From: Flavobacteriia bacterium
GTDB lineage: Bacteria; Bacteroidota; Bacteroidia; Flavobacteriales_D; Crocinitomicaceae
Reading direction: 5' to 3'
Length of the DNA stretch: 64,000 nucleotides
NCBI GenBank assembly: GCA_947458955.1
Contig: CANGZT010000001.1
Location: forward strand, 32,700-96,699
The notes beneath the pieces were generated by a model. That model searched no databases, had not been told where the DNA came from, and saw nothing but the letters and a program-made list of their open reading frames with translations. Position 1 is the first letter of the stretch. Every line of letters starts with the position of its first letter. This document shows positions 39,273 through 48,855 of the stretch, one piece after another. The position numbers and the translations under genes are program-made.

Positions 39273-41321
39273 ATGAAATTTCAGCATCCTGGGTATTTAT
39301 TCTTTTTATTTTTTTTGATTGTTCCAATCATTATTCATCTATATAGCTTTAGACAATATAAAACGTTTTACTTTTCAAGTATCATATTTCTTAAGAATAT
39401 TGACCAAGAAACAAAATCAATTAGAAAATTAAAGCATCTTTTAATATTAATATCTAGGTTATTAGTTGTTTTGTTTTTGGTGGTTACTTTTTGTCAGCCT
39501 TTTATTCCTTTAAAAAATAATAGTCATCAAAATACAGGGAATGTGATTGCAATTTATATTGATAATTCCTTTTCAATGAGTCAATTGGGTGTAGAGGGTC
39601 AATTATTATCTCAAGCAAAAGAACAAGCTAAGAAAATAATTAATCAGGCTCCTATAGGTTCGCGTATTTTATTATTTACAAATGAGTTAAGTGCATTTGA
39701 AGAACAATTTACTTCAAAGATTAATTTGTTAAATCGTTTAGATAAGATTAAAATTCAATCATTTAGTACACCAATAACAAAAGTGATTGATCGCATTCAG
39801 AATATCGTTACCAACCACAAAGAAATTTCTTCTTTAAATAGTAAGCAATATATTTACTTTAGTGATTTTCAAAATAATAGTGCGATTCGGAAAGTTAAAA
39901 TTAAAGAAAAAAAACAAAGTTATTTTTATCCGCTTCAGTTAACCCCGCAAACAAAAGGTAATGTAGCAATCGATAGTGTTTGGTTTAATGAGCCAAATTT
40001 TAAAATAAAGGTTAACAATGAGTTGCATGTGAAAGTAAGTAATTATGGAGAAGAAGATTGTTCGAATTTAGAAGTTGTTTTAGACATAAATAAAACGAAA
40101 AGAACTGTTTTTGTTGATTTGAAAGCAGGAAATTCTAAAGATATAACTATCAATTATACTGATTATCAATCTGGTATTAAGCAAGGTAAAATACATATCA
40201 ATGATAAAAATCTAGATTTTGATGACGATTATTTCTTTACTTATGAAGTACTTCCCTATTCTTCCATCCTTATCATCAATGGCGAAGATGCAAATGGTGC
40301 TGTAAATCAAGTGTATTCTCTTGATAAATATTATCGATTAAGCGAAGTGAAATATGGATCTTTTTTGCCCGATGACTTAAAAAACAAACAATTAGTTGTT
40401 TTAAATGGATTAAAAGAAATAAATCAAGGTCTAGCTATTTCCCTTAAAAATTTCCAGAGGAAAGGAGGTTCACTTGTACTTTTTCCCTCGAAAGATGCTG
40501 ATTTACAGAGTTGGAATTCTTTCTTATCACGTATAGGAATTTCGGGGATCGGTAAATTTGAAAAAAAGTGGTTAGAATGTGAAAAACCTTCGATTGAATC
40601 TCCCTTTTACAAAGGTGTTTTTGAGCAAAATCCAAAAAATATATTGCTACCTAAAGTTAAAGGATATTATTCTATCAATAATAATTTCAATTCTTCTATT
40701 CTTTCATTACAAAATAAGAAACCTTTATGGGTAAAACAAAACACTTCTTATTTGTATACTAGTTTGTTAGATAGTTTAGGTTCAACTATCGTTTCAAATA
40801 GTTTGTTCCCAGTTATTTTATTAAGGATTGCGGAATTAAGTCAGCAAAAAATGGATATATCTCATCGATTGGGTTCTGAAAATCGTATTCAAATATACCC
40901 CACAAATTCTTCGAATACATCAAGTAAATCGGTTACACCTTATCATTTAAAAAATGAAGTCTTAGATTTGATACCTTATTCTGAGGAGATAAACAATGAA
41001 AATTTCATTTCTTTGGTTGGACTTCAACATTATCAAGGCTTAAAACAAGGTCTTTATCTGTTAGAAAATGAAAATTATAAAACCAATATCGCTCTTAATT
41101 ACACAAGAGAAGAGTCAAATATAAAGTCCTTGAATTCAGATGAAATTGTTGCATTATTTGATGGTGTTGATTCAAAGCATTTAAATTATACATCTATTGA
41201 GTCAGGTACAGAATTACTAAAAGTAGATTTGGAAAAACCACAAGAGTTTTGGCGAATTTTCTTATTTTTAGCACTTATTTTTGTGTTAACCGAAATGGCT
41301 TTAACACGATTTATGAAATAA
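39273..41321 (+). CDS. BatA-domain (aerotolerance-regulator N-terminal) membrane protein with vWA-like MIDAS motif
   Basis: N-terminal FQHPGYLFFLFFLIVPIIIHL, then IYIDNSFSM (DxSxS), and a C-terminal TM helix. Confidence 0.65.
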   Translation: MKFQHPGYLFFLFFLIVPIIIHLYSFRQYKTFYFSSIIFLKNIDQETKSIRKLKHLLILISRLLVVLFLVVTFCQPFIPLKNNSHQNTGNVIAIYIDNSFSMSQLGVEGQLLSQAKEQAKKIINQAPIGSRILLFTNELSAFEEQFTSKINLLNRLDKIKIQSFSTPITKVIDRIQNIVTNHKEISSLNSKQYIYFSDFQNNSAIRKVKIKEKKQSYFYPLQLTPQTKGNVAIDSVWFNEPNFKIKVNNELHVKVSNYGEEDCSNLEVVLDINKTKRTVFVDLKAGNSKDITINYTDYQSGIKQGKIHINDKNLDFDDDYFFTYEVLPYSSILIINGEDANGAVNQVYSLDKYYRLSEVKYGSFLPDDLKNKQLVVLNGLKEINQGLAISLKNFQRKGGSLVLFPSKDADLQSWNSFLSRIGISGIGKFEKKWLECEKPSIESPFYKGVFEQNPKNILLPKVKGYYSINNNFNSSILSLQNKKPLWVKQNTSYLYTSLLDSLGSTIVSNSLFPVILLRIAELSQQKMDISHRLGSENRIQIYPTNSSNTSSKSVTPYHLKNEVLDLIPYSEEINNENFISLVGLQHYQGLKQGLYLLENENYKTNIALNYTREESNIKSLNSDEIVALFDGVDSKHLNYTSIESGTELLKVDLEKPQEFWRIFLFLALIFVLTEMALTRFMK

Positions 41322-41333
41322 ACCTTATTGTTT

Positions 41334-42590
41334 ATGAATGTTTTAATCAAAAATGCGCGTGTATTTGATACACAGTCCTCACATTATAATCAAGTTGTTG
41401 ACATTCGAATTAAAGATGGAATCATTTCTGAAATTGGCATTAATTTAATTGGTTCTGATGAATTCATAATACAAGAAGAAGATTTATATGTTTCTCAAGG
41501 TTGGGTGGATGGAAAAGCACATTTTTGCGATCCGGGTGATGAACATAAAGAAACGATAGAAACGGGTTTAGAAGCAGCTGCTTTTGGAGGATTCACTCAT
41601 GTCGCAATGTTACCTTCTACTAATCCGGTTGTTGATGGTAAAACTCAGATTGAATATGCTCTTCGTAAATCAGAAAATCAAGTGAGTTCATTAATTCCAT
41701 TGGGATCGGTGACAGTAAAAATGGAAGGTGAAAATCTATCTGAAATGTTTGATATGTATCAATCTGGAGCTAAGTTATTCACTGATGATACAAAGCACTT
41801 GTCAACTGGTATTTTATATAGAGCTTTATTATATGCTAAGAATTTTGATGGGAAAATCATTGCTTTTTGTAGAGATAGTTCTCTTGCTAAAGGTGGTCAG
41901 GTGAATGAGGGCGAAGCATCTACACGTACAGGTTTAAAGGCAGATCCAGCAGTAGCTGAAATCATTGATTTAAAAAGAAATATAGAATTGGCTGAATATA
42001 CGGGAGGGAATTTACATGTTACGGGCATTTCATCAAAGGAATCAGTAGAAATTATAAAACAAGCAAAAGCGAAAGGAATACATATTACTGCAGATGTTCA
42101 CGTTGAACAATTGATTTACAACGAAAAAGAAGTGTTAGATTTTGATGTGAATTTCAAATTAAAACCAGTGCTACGTCGTGAGGAAGATCGTTTGGCTTTG
42201 TGGAAAGGTCTAAATGATGGAACGATTGATGCTGTTTTTTCAAACCATAGACCCTTTGACACGGAAGAAAAAGAAGTTGAATTTGATCATGCATCCTTTG
42301 GTAATTTGAATTTACAAACGGTTTTTAATTCTTTTAAAATAGCAAAAGAATTTGATTTAGAATTAGTTATTGATATATTATCAAAAAGAAATAGAGCGAT
42401 TTTAGAGGTTGAATCTAGACCAATCAAAGTAGGAGAAAAAGCAGACTTAACGTTCTTTAATCCAACTAAAACATGGGAATTTACGAAAGAGGATTTAGTT
42501 TCTAGCACCAAAAACACTCCATTACTTGGAAAAACACTTACCGGATTTGTTTACGGAGTTTACAACAATGGAAAAATGCAATTACGTTAA
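41334..42590 (+). CDS. dihydroorotase-family amidohydrolase with degenerate catalytic motifs
   Basis: Collinear with class I DHOase, but DxHxH reads DGKAH, HAED reads FCRD and SDHAP reads SNHRP. Confidence 0.7.
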   Translation: MNVLIKNARVFDTQSSHYNQVVDIRIKDGIISEIGINLIGSDEFIIQEEDLYVSQGWVDGKAHFCDPGDEHKETIETGLEAAAFGGFTHVAMLPSTNPVVDGKTQIEYALRKSENQVSSLIPLGSVTVKMEGENLSEMFDMYQSGAKLFTDDTKHLSTGILYRALLYAKNFDGKIIAFCRDSSLAKGGQVNEGEASTRTGLKADPAVAEIIDLKRNIELAEYTGGNLHVTGISSKESVEIIKQAKAKGIHITADVHVEQLIYNEKEVLDFDVNFKLKPVLRREEDRLALWKGLNDGTIDAVFSNHRPFDTEEKEVEFDHASFGNLNLQTVFNSFKIAKEFDLELVIDILSKRNRAILEVESRPIKVGEKADLTFFNPTKTWEFTKEDLVSSTKNTPLLGKTLTGFVYGVYNNGKMQLR

Positions 42591-42606
42591 TTAAAATAAC
42601 AGTGAG

Positions 42607-43164
42607 GTGAAAACCATTCTTTCATTTATGTATCAATTTTTTAAAGGAGCTCAAACAGTGGGCTCCTTTTTTCCTAGTACCCCTATTTTAGCTTCAAAAA
42701 TTGTGAAACACATCGATTTTTCTTCTGCAAAATTGATTGTTGAAGTCGGGCCAGGAACAGGTGTTTTTACACGAAAGATATTGAAAAAATTAAGTAAAAA
42801 TGCTGTTTTTATTGCATTTGAATTAAATGAAAAATTTTACAATAAACTAAAGATTGACATCATTGATCCTCGTTTTGTTTTAATTAATGGTAGTGCAGAA
42901 GATTTACAAACATATTTAGTACAAAATGGCTATTTAGAAGTTGATTACTTAATTTCTTCTATTCCACTTTCAAATTTTAAAGGAAAGAAAATAGTTACTC
43001 TCCTTCATTCCTTTAGAGATTTAATTGGTGAAAAAGGAACTTTTATACAATTCCAATATTCTTTCAATCAAAAACGTTTGTTTCACAAAATGTTTTCAAA
43101 GGTATTGATGGATTTTACTCAATTTAATATTCCGCCAGCATTTATCTACGTTTGTAAAAACTAG
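42607..43164 (+). CDS. class I SAM-dependent methyltransferase
   Basis: VEVGPGTGVFT motif I. The start is uncertain: GTG 42607 or ATG 42628. Confidence 0.65.
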   Translation: MKTILSFMYQFFKGAQTVGSFFPSTPILASKIVKHIDFSSAKLIVEVGPGTGVFTRKILKKLSKNAVFIAFELNEKFYNKLKIDIIDPRFVLINGSAEDLQTYLVQNGYLEVDYLISSIPLSNFKGKKIVTLLHSFRDLIGEKGTFIQFQYSFNQKRLFHKMFSKVLMDFTQFNIPPAFIYVCKN

Positions 43165-43202
43165 ACCGATTTATTTCGTAATTTCGCTAAAAATAAATTG
43201 AT

Positions 43203-43805
43203 ATGTCTATAGAATTAAACGATGTAAGTTACTGCGTTGGAATGAGTATCGCAGAAAGTTTAAAACAACAAAATCTTAACGATTTACACCCTGAAGTTGT
43301 TGCTGAAGCTATTAAAGATGCTTTTGGCTCTTCTAATACTCGTTTCACGATGGAACAAGCTCAAAATATCATACAAGTATATTTACAAGAACAAAGTGAA
43401 AAAAAGTTTGCTCAAAATAAAGAGATCGGAAACCAATTTTTAGAAGCAAATAAAGCGAAAGAGGGAATTTTTACTACTGCATCTGGTTTACAATATGAAG
43501 TGATTACTGAAGGTAAAGGTAAATCTCCAGGAGCAACTGATGTTGTTGAAGTTCATTACCACGGAACGTTAATTGATGGTACTGTATTCGATAGTTCTGT
43601 ACAACGAGGAACGCCTGCTTCTTTTGGTGTAAATCAAGTGATCAAAGGTTGGACTGAAGCTTTGCAATTAATGAAAGAAGGTTCTAAATTCCGTTTATAT
43701 ATCCCTCAAGATTTAGCCTATGGTGCTCATCCGCATCCAGGAGGTGCTATTGAACCTTATATGGCGTTGATTTTTGATGTTGAATTATTACAAGTTAAAA
43801 ATTAA
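43203..43805 (+). CDS. FKBP-type peptidyl-prolyl cis-trans isomerase
   Basis: VHYHGTLIDGTVFDSS...VIKGWTEAL...LIFDVELL. Confidence 0.9.
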   Translation: MSIELNDVSYCVGMSIAESLKQQNLNDLHPEVVAEAIKDAFGSSNTRFTMEQAQNIIQVYLQEQSEKKFAQNKEIGNQFLEANKAKEGIFTTASGLQYEVITEGKGKSPGATDVVEVHYHGTLIDGTVFDSSVQRGTPASFGVNQVIKGWTEALQLMKEGSKFRLYIPQDLAYGAHPHPGGAIEPYMALIFDVELLQVKN

Positions 43806-44740
43806 TGAAACGTTTTTTTTATTTTCTTGTAGCTTCAACAATCTTAGTTTCTTGTTCTAATGAAAACTCTGATTCGGAAGATATTAATCTTAAAAGTTTT
43901 AAAGACAAAATTTCTTATGCATTAGGTGCTGATCATGCACGTGCCATTTCAGAATCAGGTGATCCAAATTACAATAAATATAATTTAGATAAAATCATTG
44001 CTGGTTTTGCTGACGGTTTGAAAAATGATAAGGCGTTTGATGAGACCTGTAAAAACAATCTAATGAAGTTATATGGTCCAACTAGAAAAGGGTTTGATGC
44101 TAAATATGCAGATCAAGGGTCTGAATGTATTGGTAAACTTTCAGGAATGATCTTTAACACTTCTTGGAAAAAGAACAATGGTTTAGATAAATTAGATTTG
44201 AAATTAGTTCAAATTGGGTTTAAACATGCTATTCAAAAACGTGACACTTTAATCAAACGAGACGAACAATCGATGATTATTCAGAATTTCATGTTTGATA
44301 TGTATAAGATCAACGGATTGAATATGATTGAAGAAGCCAAAACTAAAAAGGGAGTTAAAATTTCTAAAAATGGAGTTGTTGTAGAAACTATCAAAGAAGG
44401 AACAGGAACTAGCCCACAAGCTGGAGATGATGTATTAGCGCATTATATTTTAATGAGTGCAACAGGTGATACGCTTCAAAGTTCGTTCGATATGGTAGAA
44501 GTATATAAACAACCTTTAAATCCTTTCTCTTTAAAATCAGTAATACCTGGTTGGCAAGAAGGTATGCCTTTAATGAAAAAAGGAGGAACTTATAAACTTT
44601 ATGTCCCTTATCAAATGGGGTATGGTGAACAAGGAATGTATAATCCGCAAACACGACGTTACGATATACCACCTTTCCAATCGTTGATTTTCTATGTTGA
44701 GTTAATCAACCACGGGAAATCAGGAACATTGGTGAAATAA
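43805..44740 (+). CDS. FKBP-type peptidyl-prolyl isomerase lipoprotein
   Basis: Lipobox ILVSCSN and a C-terminal FKBP domain (VIPGWQEGMPLMKKGGTYKLYVP...LIFYVELI). Confidence 0.8.
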   Translation: MKRFFYFLVASTILVSCSNENSDSEDINLKSFKDKISYALGADHARAISESGDPNYNKYNLDKIIAGFADGLKNDKAFDETCKNNLMKLYGPTRKGFDAKYADQGSECIGKLSGMIFNTSWKKNNGLDKLDLKLVQIGFKHAIQKRDTLIKRDEQSMIIQNFMFDMYKINGLNMIEEAKTKKGVKISKNGVVVETIKEGTGTSPQAGDDVLAHYILMSATGDTLQSSFDMVEVYKQPLNPFSLKSVIPGWQEGMPLMKKGGTYKLYVPYQMGYGEQGMYNPQTRRYDIPPFQSLIFYVELINHGKSGTLVK

Positions 44741-44749
44741 TTATTCGTC

Positions 44750-44826
44750 TCCCTCCTTAAGGAGGGATTAAGGGAGGTGACAAAATTACCAAATCGTCAT
44801 CCCCCTTAATCCCCCTTCAAAGGGGG
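44750..44826. repeat. GC-rich palindromic intergenic element
   Basis: Perfect 18-nt palindrome TCCCTCCTTAAGGAGGGA (44750-44767). AAGGAGGGATTAAGGGAGG (44759-44777) faces its imperfect inverted copy at 44799-44817. CCCCC-TTCAAA-GGGGG hairpin at 44811-44826. Confidence 0.7.
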
Positions 44827-44847
44827 AAATAAAAAACCACCTTTTTT

Positions 44848-46485
44848 CTATCCTTTTCTTTCGATTTCTCTTAGGTTTTCCATTTTCTTCATAGCAAGGA
44901 AACCATTGATGTCTTCAAAATGTTCTTTCACGCGTTTATTACCAAATTCGAACACTTTTGTTACCAGACCATCCAAGAAATCACGGTCGTGAGAAACTAA
45001 AATCAACGTACCATCAAATTCTTTTAGGGCATCTTTGATAATGTCCTTTGTTTTCATATCTAAGTGGTTCGTAGGCTCGTCGAGAATTAATAAGTTTGCC
45101 GGTTGAAGTAATAATTTCAATATCGCTAAACGCGTTTTTTCTCCTCCTGAAAGCACTTTCACTTTTTTCGTACTTTCTTCCCCTCCAAACATAAACGCAC
45201 CTAATAAATCTCTGATTTTTAAGCGAACGTCTCCTTCTGCAGCTTGATCGATTGTTTCGTAAATTGTTAAGTTTTCATCCAATAAAGAAGCTTGATTTTG
45301 AGCAAAATATCCGATTTGAATATTGTGACCTAATTCCAACGATCCATCAAAGTTAATTTCCCCCATAATGGCTTTGATCATGGTTGATTTACCTTCTCCA
45401 TTTCGACCAACAAAAGCTAGCTTCTGCCCTCTTTCTATGGTGATTTCAGCATCGTTAAACACTACATGTTCATCATACGATTTTGATAATTCACGAACAA
45501 TCACTGGGTAATTACCAGAACGAGGAGCTGGTGCAAATTTCAATTTTATCGCAGAAGTATCTACTTCATCAACTTCAATGATATCTAATTTCTCTAACAT
45601 TTTCACACGAGACTGAACTTGCAATGTTTTAGAATAGGTTCCTTTAAAACGTTCTATGAATTCGGTTTGTTCTTGTATGAATTTCTGTTGTTCTTCGTAT
45701 TGTTTTTGTTGTTGTTCGCGACGTTCTTTGCGTAACTCTAGATATTGGGAATAATTCGTTTTATAATCGTAAATTCTACCCATAGTCACTTCAATAGTTC
45801 TGGTTGTGATATTATTTACAAATGCTTTGTCATGTGAAATAACAACCACTGCTTTCGCTTGATTCACTAAGAAATCTTCTAACCATTGAATAGATTCGAT
45901 ATCCATGTGGTTCGTTGGTTCATCCAATAAAATCAAATCAGGTTTTTGTAATAGTATCTTCCCCAATTCGATACGCATACGCCATCCACCACTAAATTCC
46001 GATGTTGGTCTATTGAAATCAGAACGTAAAAACCCCATTCCTTTTAGTACTTTCTCAACTTCTGCTTCGTAATTGGTATCTTCAATAGAATAATAAAGTT
46101 CACTCAATTCAGATACGCGTTCAATTATTTTATAATAATCTTCAGATTCGTAATCTGTTCTAGTTTCTAATTCTTTATTGAGCGCTTCAATTTCATCACG
46201 CATCGCAAAAATGGTATGGAATGCTTTACTCGTTTCCTCGAAAACGGTAGCATCATCTTCAGTTAATAAATGTTGTGGTAAATACGCAATTCTATACTCC
46301 TTTGGCGCTGAAACCTGACCATGAGAAGGTTTGTTTATTCCTGCAAGAATTTTTAATAAAGTAGATTTACCCGCACCATTTTTACCCATTAAAGCAATTT
46401 TGTCATTTTCATTAATAACAAATGAAACATTACTAAACAAGGTTTTTCCACTGAATTCAACACCGATCGCATCTACCGAAATCAT
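44848..46485 (-). CDS. ABC-F family ATPase (tandem ABC domains, no TM domain)
   Basis: Two Walker A motifs (GKNGAGKST, GRNGEGKST), two LSGG signatures and a charged linker. Confidence 0.9.
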   Translation of the reverse strand: MISVDAIGVEFSGKTLFSNVSFVINENDKIALMGKNGAGKSTLLKILAGINKPSHGQVSAPKEYRIAYLPQHLLTEDDATVFEETSKAFHTIFAMRDEIEALNKELETRTDYESEDYYKIIERVSELSELYYSIEDTNYEAEVEKVLKGMGFLRSDFNRPTSEFSGGWRMRIELGKILLQKPDLILLDEPTNHMDIESIQWLEDFLVNQAKAVVVISHDKAFVNNITTRTIEVTMGRIYDYKTNYSQYLELRKERREQQQKQYEEQQKFIQEQTEFIERFKGTYSKTLQVQSRVKMLEKLDIIEVDEVDTSAIKLKFAPAPRSGNYPVIVRELSKSYDEHVVFNDAEITIERGQKLAFVGRNGEGKSTMIKAIMGEINFDGSLELGHNIQIGYFAQNQASLLDENLTIYETIDQAAEGDVRLKIRDLLGAFMFGGEESTKKVKVLSGGEKTRLAILKLLLQPANLLILDEPTNHLDMKTKDIIKDALKEFDGTLILVSHDRDFLDGLVTKVFEFGNKRVKEHFEDINGFLAMKKMENLREIERKG

Positions 46486-46648
46486 AATTTAACTATTTAA
46501 AAAAAACAAATTTACACATTTGGCTTGTGTTCTCTCAATATTTCTTTTGTCAACTTTATTAAGCTCCATGCGTTGATAAAGTTTAATAATATTTTTTGCG
46601 ATAGTACACTTTAGGTTTTATTTTTACATAAATCAATAATTTAAAATT

Positions 46649-46921
46649 ATGGCACAAGTTCAAGAGAATTACAAAACAGATATTCTGGAACAATTGGTTG
46701 ATGAAATGGATTTGATAGTTTATAATGATGATTATAATACGTTTGATTTTGTAATTGAAACACTAGAAAAAGTTTGCAAACATGAACCAGAACAAGCAGT
46801 TCAATGTACTTGGATTATTCATTTCAAAGGTAAATGTAGTGTAAAAAGAGGTTCGTATGAGTCTTTAGAGCCATTGTGTACTGCCTTGTTAGATAGAGGA
46901 TTGAATGCAGAAATAGAATAA
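46649..46921 (+). CDS. clpS: ATP-dependent Clp protease adaptor
   Basis: 90 aa with the motifs LIVYNDDYNTFDFVIETL...VC and HEPEQAVQCTWIIHFKGK. Confidence 0.85.
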   Translation: MAQVQENYKTDILEQLVDEMDLIVYNDDYNTFDFVIETLEKVCKHEPEQAVQCTWIIHFKGKCSVKRGSYESLEPLCTALLDRGLNAEIE

Positions 46922-46957
46922 TTTTGTTAATCAAGTTGCAATTTTAAAAATTATATT

Positions 46958-46965
46958 TATATTTG
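46958..46965 (+). promoter_or_regulatory. candidate -7 promoter box TATATTTG for tRNA-Arg
   Basis: Matches the Bacteroidota TAnnTTTG consensus and lies 13 nt upstream of the tRNA 5' end. Confidence 0.35.
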
Positions 46966-46977
46966 CAATCAACAAAC

Positions 46978-47054
46978 GGCTTCGTAGCTCAACTGAATAG
47001 AGCACTACATTACGGCTGTAGAGGTTTAAGGTTTGAATCCTTACGAGGTCACCA
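46978..47054 (+). tRNA. tRNA-Arg (anticodon ACG), CCA encoded
   Basis: Hand-folded 77-nt cloverleaf. Acceptor GGCTTCG/CGAGGTC, D stem GCTC/GAGC, anticodon stem CTACA/TGTAG with loop TT-ACG-GC, T stem TAAGG/CCTTA, then discriminator A and CCA. Confidence 0.9.
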
Positions 47055-48612
47055 AAGCGGAGAACTGGTTATTTTTAACCAGTTCTTCTTTTTTTACCCC
47101 ATTCAAACTTCCTGATAATGTGTGAATTAAATCAAAAATCACATTCACTTCTGAGGTTTGAACTCGGTCATTTTTCTTGCAATACCACAATCCTCTTGGA
47201 AACAGTAGTTTTAGAAATTTTTGATTCTCGTAGAAACTCATAGACCTCCAGTGTTTACTGATGTTTTTACAGAAATCTAACGCTTTATTTATACAAAATT
47301 CAAGGTTTGAACTCGTGTTTCCATTACTTCCTAAAATTTCATTTAAAGCATCAATTTCTTCTATGTATTGCTTCGAAAATTTAGCGTAAATTTCATTCGA
47401 AATTTCTCCAATTGCATATCGTTCTTCAATTTTATCTAACTTGTTTTTTAACTGCGTTAGATTTGTTTTAATCGTTTTGTAATCTGATTCATCTTCTTTA
47501 GAAACTTCTGAAAAAACATACGACATCACATCTTTAATCACTTCAATCAATACTGGTTTTAATTCATATTGTTTCAATACCTTTTCAAAGTCTTCATGAA
47601 GCTGATTTGCATTTTTAGTACCAATACAGCCATTTGTTCTGCATTTGTAATAATACAAACGCTTTGCCTTTACTTCGAAGCCTGAGAGTGGTTTATTGCA
47701 CTCATTACAAAGAATAAATTGTCTTAAAGGCAGATTTTCATTTTCATTTTTATGCTCTTTAGGATGCATAGTTAGTTCAATTTGATTTAGCCTCAAAAAA
47801 TCTTTTTGAGAAATCAACGGTTTGTGTTTACCTTCATGTGCTTCACCAGGTAAGAGTTTGGTAGTTAAAATCCCACAATAATATGGGTTCTTAAAAACTT
47901 CGCCAAGTCTTCTTTCGTTGATGTTTACCCCTAAACGATTTAGTTTTCGAACAATCTCTGCATTTGAAAATTCATTATTTAAACGCCATTTAAATGCTTT
48001 TTGAAGATGTTTTCCTTCCTCTGTAATTTGAATATCCCAATCGACGGCTTTACTATGAACCTTTTTGTTTTCATATCCTATTGGAGGTGTCCAAAGCCAA
48101 TACCCTTTTCGAACCAAGTCTTTCATTCCAACTTTTGTTTTGTCTCTTCGTTGTTCATTGTCGAATTGACTAAACATATAAAACATACCTTGTTGAAATT
48201 TTCCTGCAGCAGTATCTGTTTCGGTATATTGGGTAACAGCCATAACATTGACTCCAGTTTTTTTCAATGATTCAGTTATATATGCAGCATTTGCACCTGT
48301 TCTTGAAAATCGATCGTAAGAATACACAATAATATAGCCTATACTTTTGTTTTTCTTTACATAAGTAAGCATCTTATTGAATTCTTTTCGATCATCTGTT
48401 TTCGCTGATTCGTGTGTCCCTCCAAAATATTCTACAACATTTAGACCTTTAGATATTGCAAACGATTCACAATACTTTTTTTGTGTTTCTAAACTCGTGT
48501 TATCTTCTTGATTTTTTGACGAGACTCGTGTATAAATTATGGCATTCTTTCTTGTCTCTAATGATTTATCCATTGGAGAAAATTTCTGGAATGCCTCTTG
48601 TAAATTTTTCAT
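47041..48612 (-). CDS. large serine recombinase (integrase of the downstream island)
   Basis: N-terminal resolvase domain with the catalytic Ser (AIIYTRVSSKNQ). Recombinase domain, zinc ribbon (CNECNKPL...YYYKCRTNGC) and coiled-coil tail. The last ~18 codons overlap the tRNA terminator and tRNA 3' end. Confidence 0.9.
   Translation of the reverse strand: MKNLQEAFQKFSPMDKSLETRKNAIIYTRVSSKNQEDNTSLETQKKYCESFAISKGLNVVEYFGGTHESAKTDDRKEFNKMLTYVKKNKSIGYIIVYSYDRFSRTGANAAYITESLKKTGVNVMAVTQYTETDTAAGKFQQGMFYMFSQFDNEQRRDKTKVGMKDLVRKGYWLWTPPIGYENKKVHSKAVDWDIQITEEGKHLQKAFKWRLNNEFSNAEIVRKLNRLGVNINERRLGEVFKNPYYCGILTTKLLPGEAHEGKHKPLISQKDFLRLNQIELTMHPKEHKNENENLPLRQFILCNECNKPLSGFEVKAKRLYYYKCRTNGCIGTKNANQLHEDFEKVLKQYELKPVLIEVIKDVMSYVFSEVSKEDESDYKTIKTNLTQLKNKLDKIEERYAIGEISNEIYAKFSKQYIEEIDALNEILGSNGNTSSNLEFCINKALDFCKNISKHWRSMSFYENQKFLKLLFPRGLWYCKKNDRVQTSEVNVIFDLIHTLSGSLNGVKKEELVKNNQFSALVTS
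47062..47095 (+). terminator. rho-independent terminator of tRNA-Arg
   Basis: GAACTGGTT-ATTTTT-AACCAGTTC hairpin (47062-47085) followed by TTCTTTTTTT. Confidence 0.7.
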
Positions 48613-48616
48613 GTTT

Positions 48617-48763
48617 TTACTTTAATGAATTGTTAATAATGATTCTACAAATTGTTTCTAGGCTTTCAAGTTCAAATGAACCCATTCCAAAACTGTTTAA
48701 TTTTCTCAGTAATTGAGTTTTGATTTCTTTAATTTTTTCCTTTTTCTTGTCAATAGTTTTCAT
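48617..48763 (-). CDS. small hypothetical protein (48 aa) directly upstream of the recombinase
   Basis: Below the track cutoff: MKTIDKKKEKIKEIKTQLLRKLNSFGMGSFELESLETICRIIINNSLK. Its stop lies 4 nt before the recombinase ATG. Confidence 0.25.
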   Translation of the reverse strand: MKTIDKKKEKIKEIKTQLLRKLNSFGMGSFELESLETICRIIINNSLK

Positions 48764-48855
48764 CCTATTCTCGGATGCGTTCACCTTCGTTGTTCGATAG
48801 GTTCACCTTGTTTCACAATTGCTTTGACTTATTCAATAGCGTTAATTATAAATTG

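Noticed and set aside
44741-44847. Whether the GC-rich element encodes a mini-ORF with Pro/Leu/Lys/Gly-type translation.
   Set aside because: No start codon or ribosome-binding context is present. The palindromic symmetry explains the sequence better than coding does.
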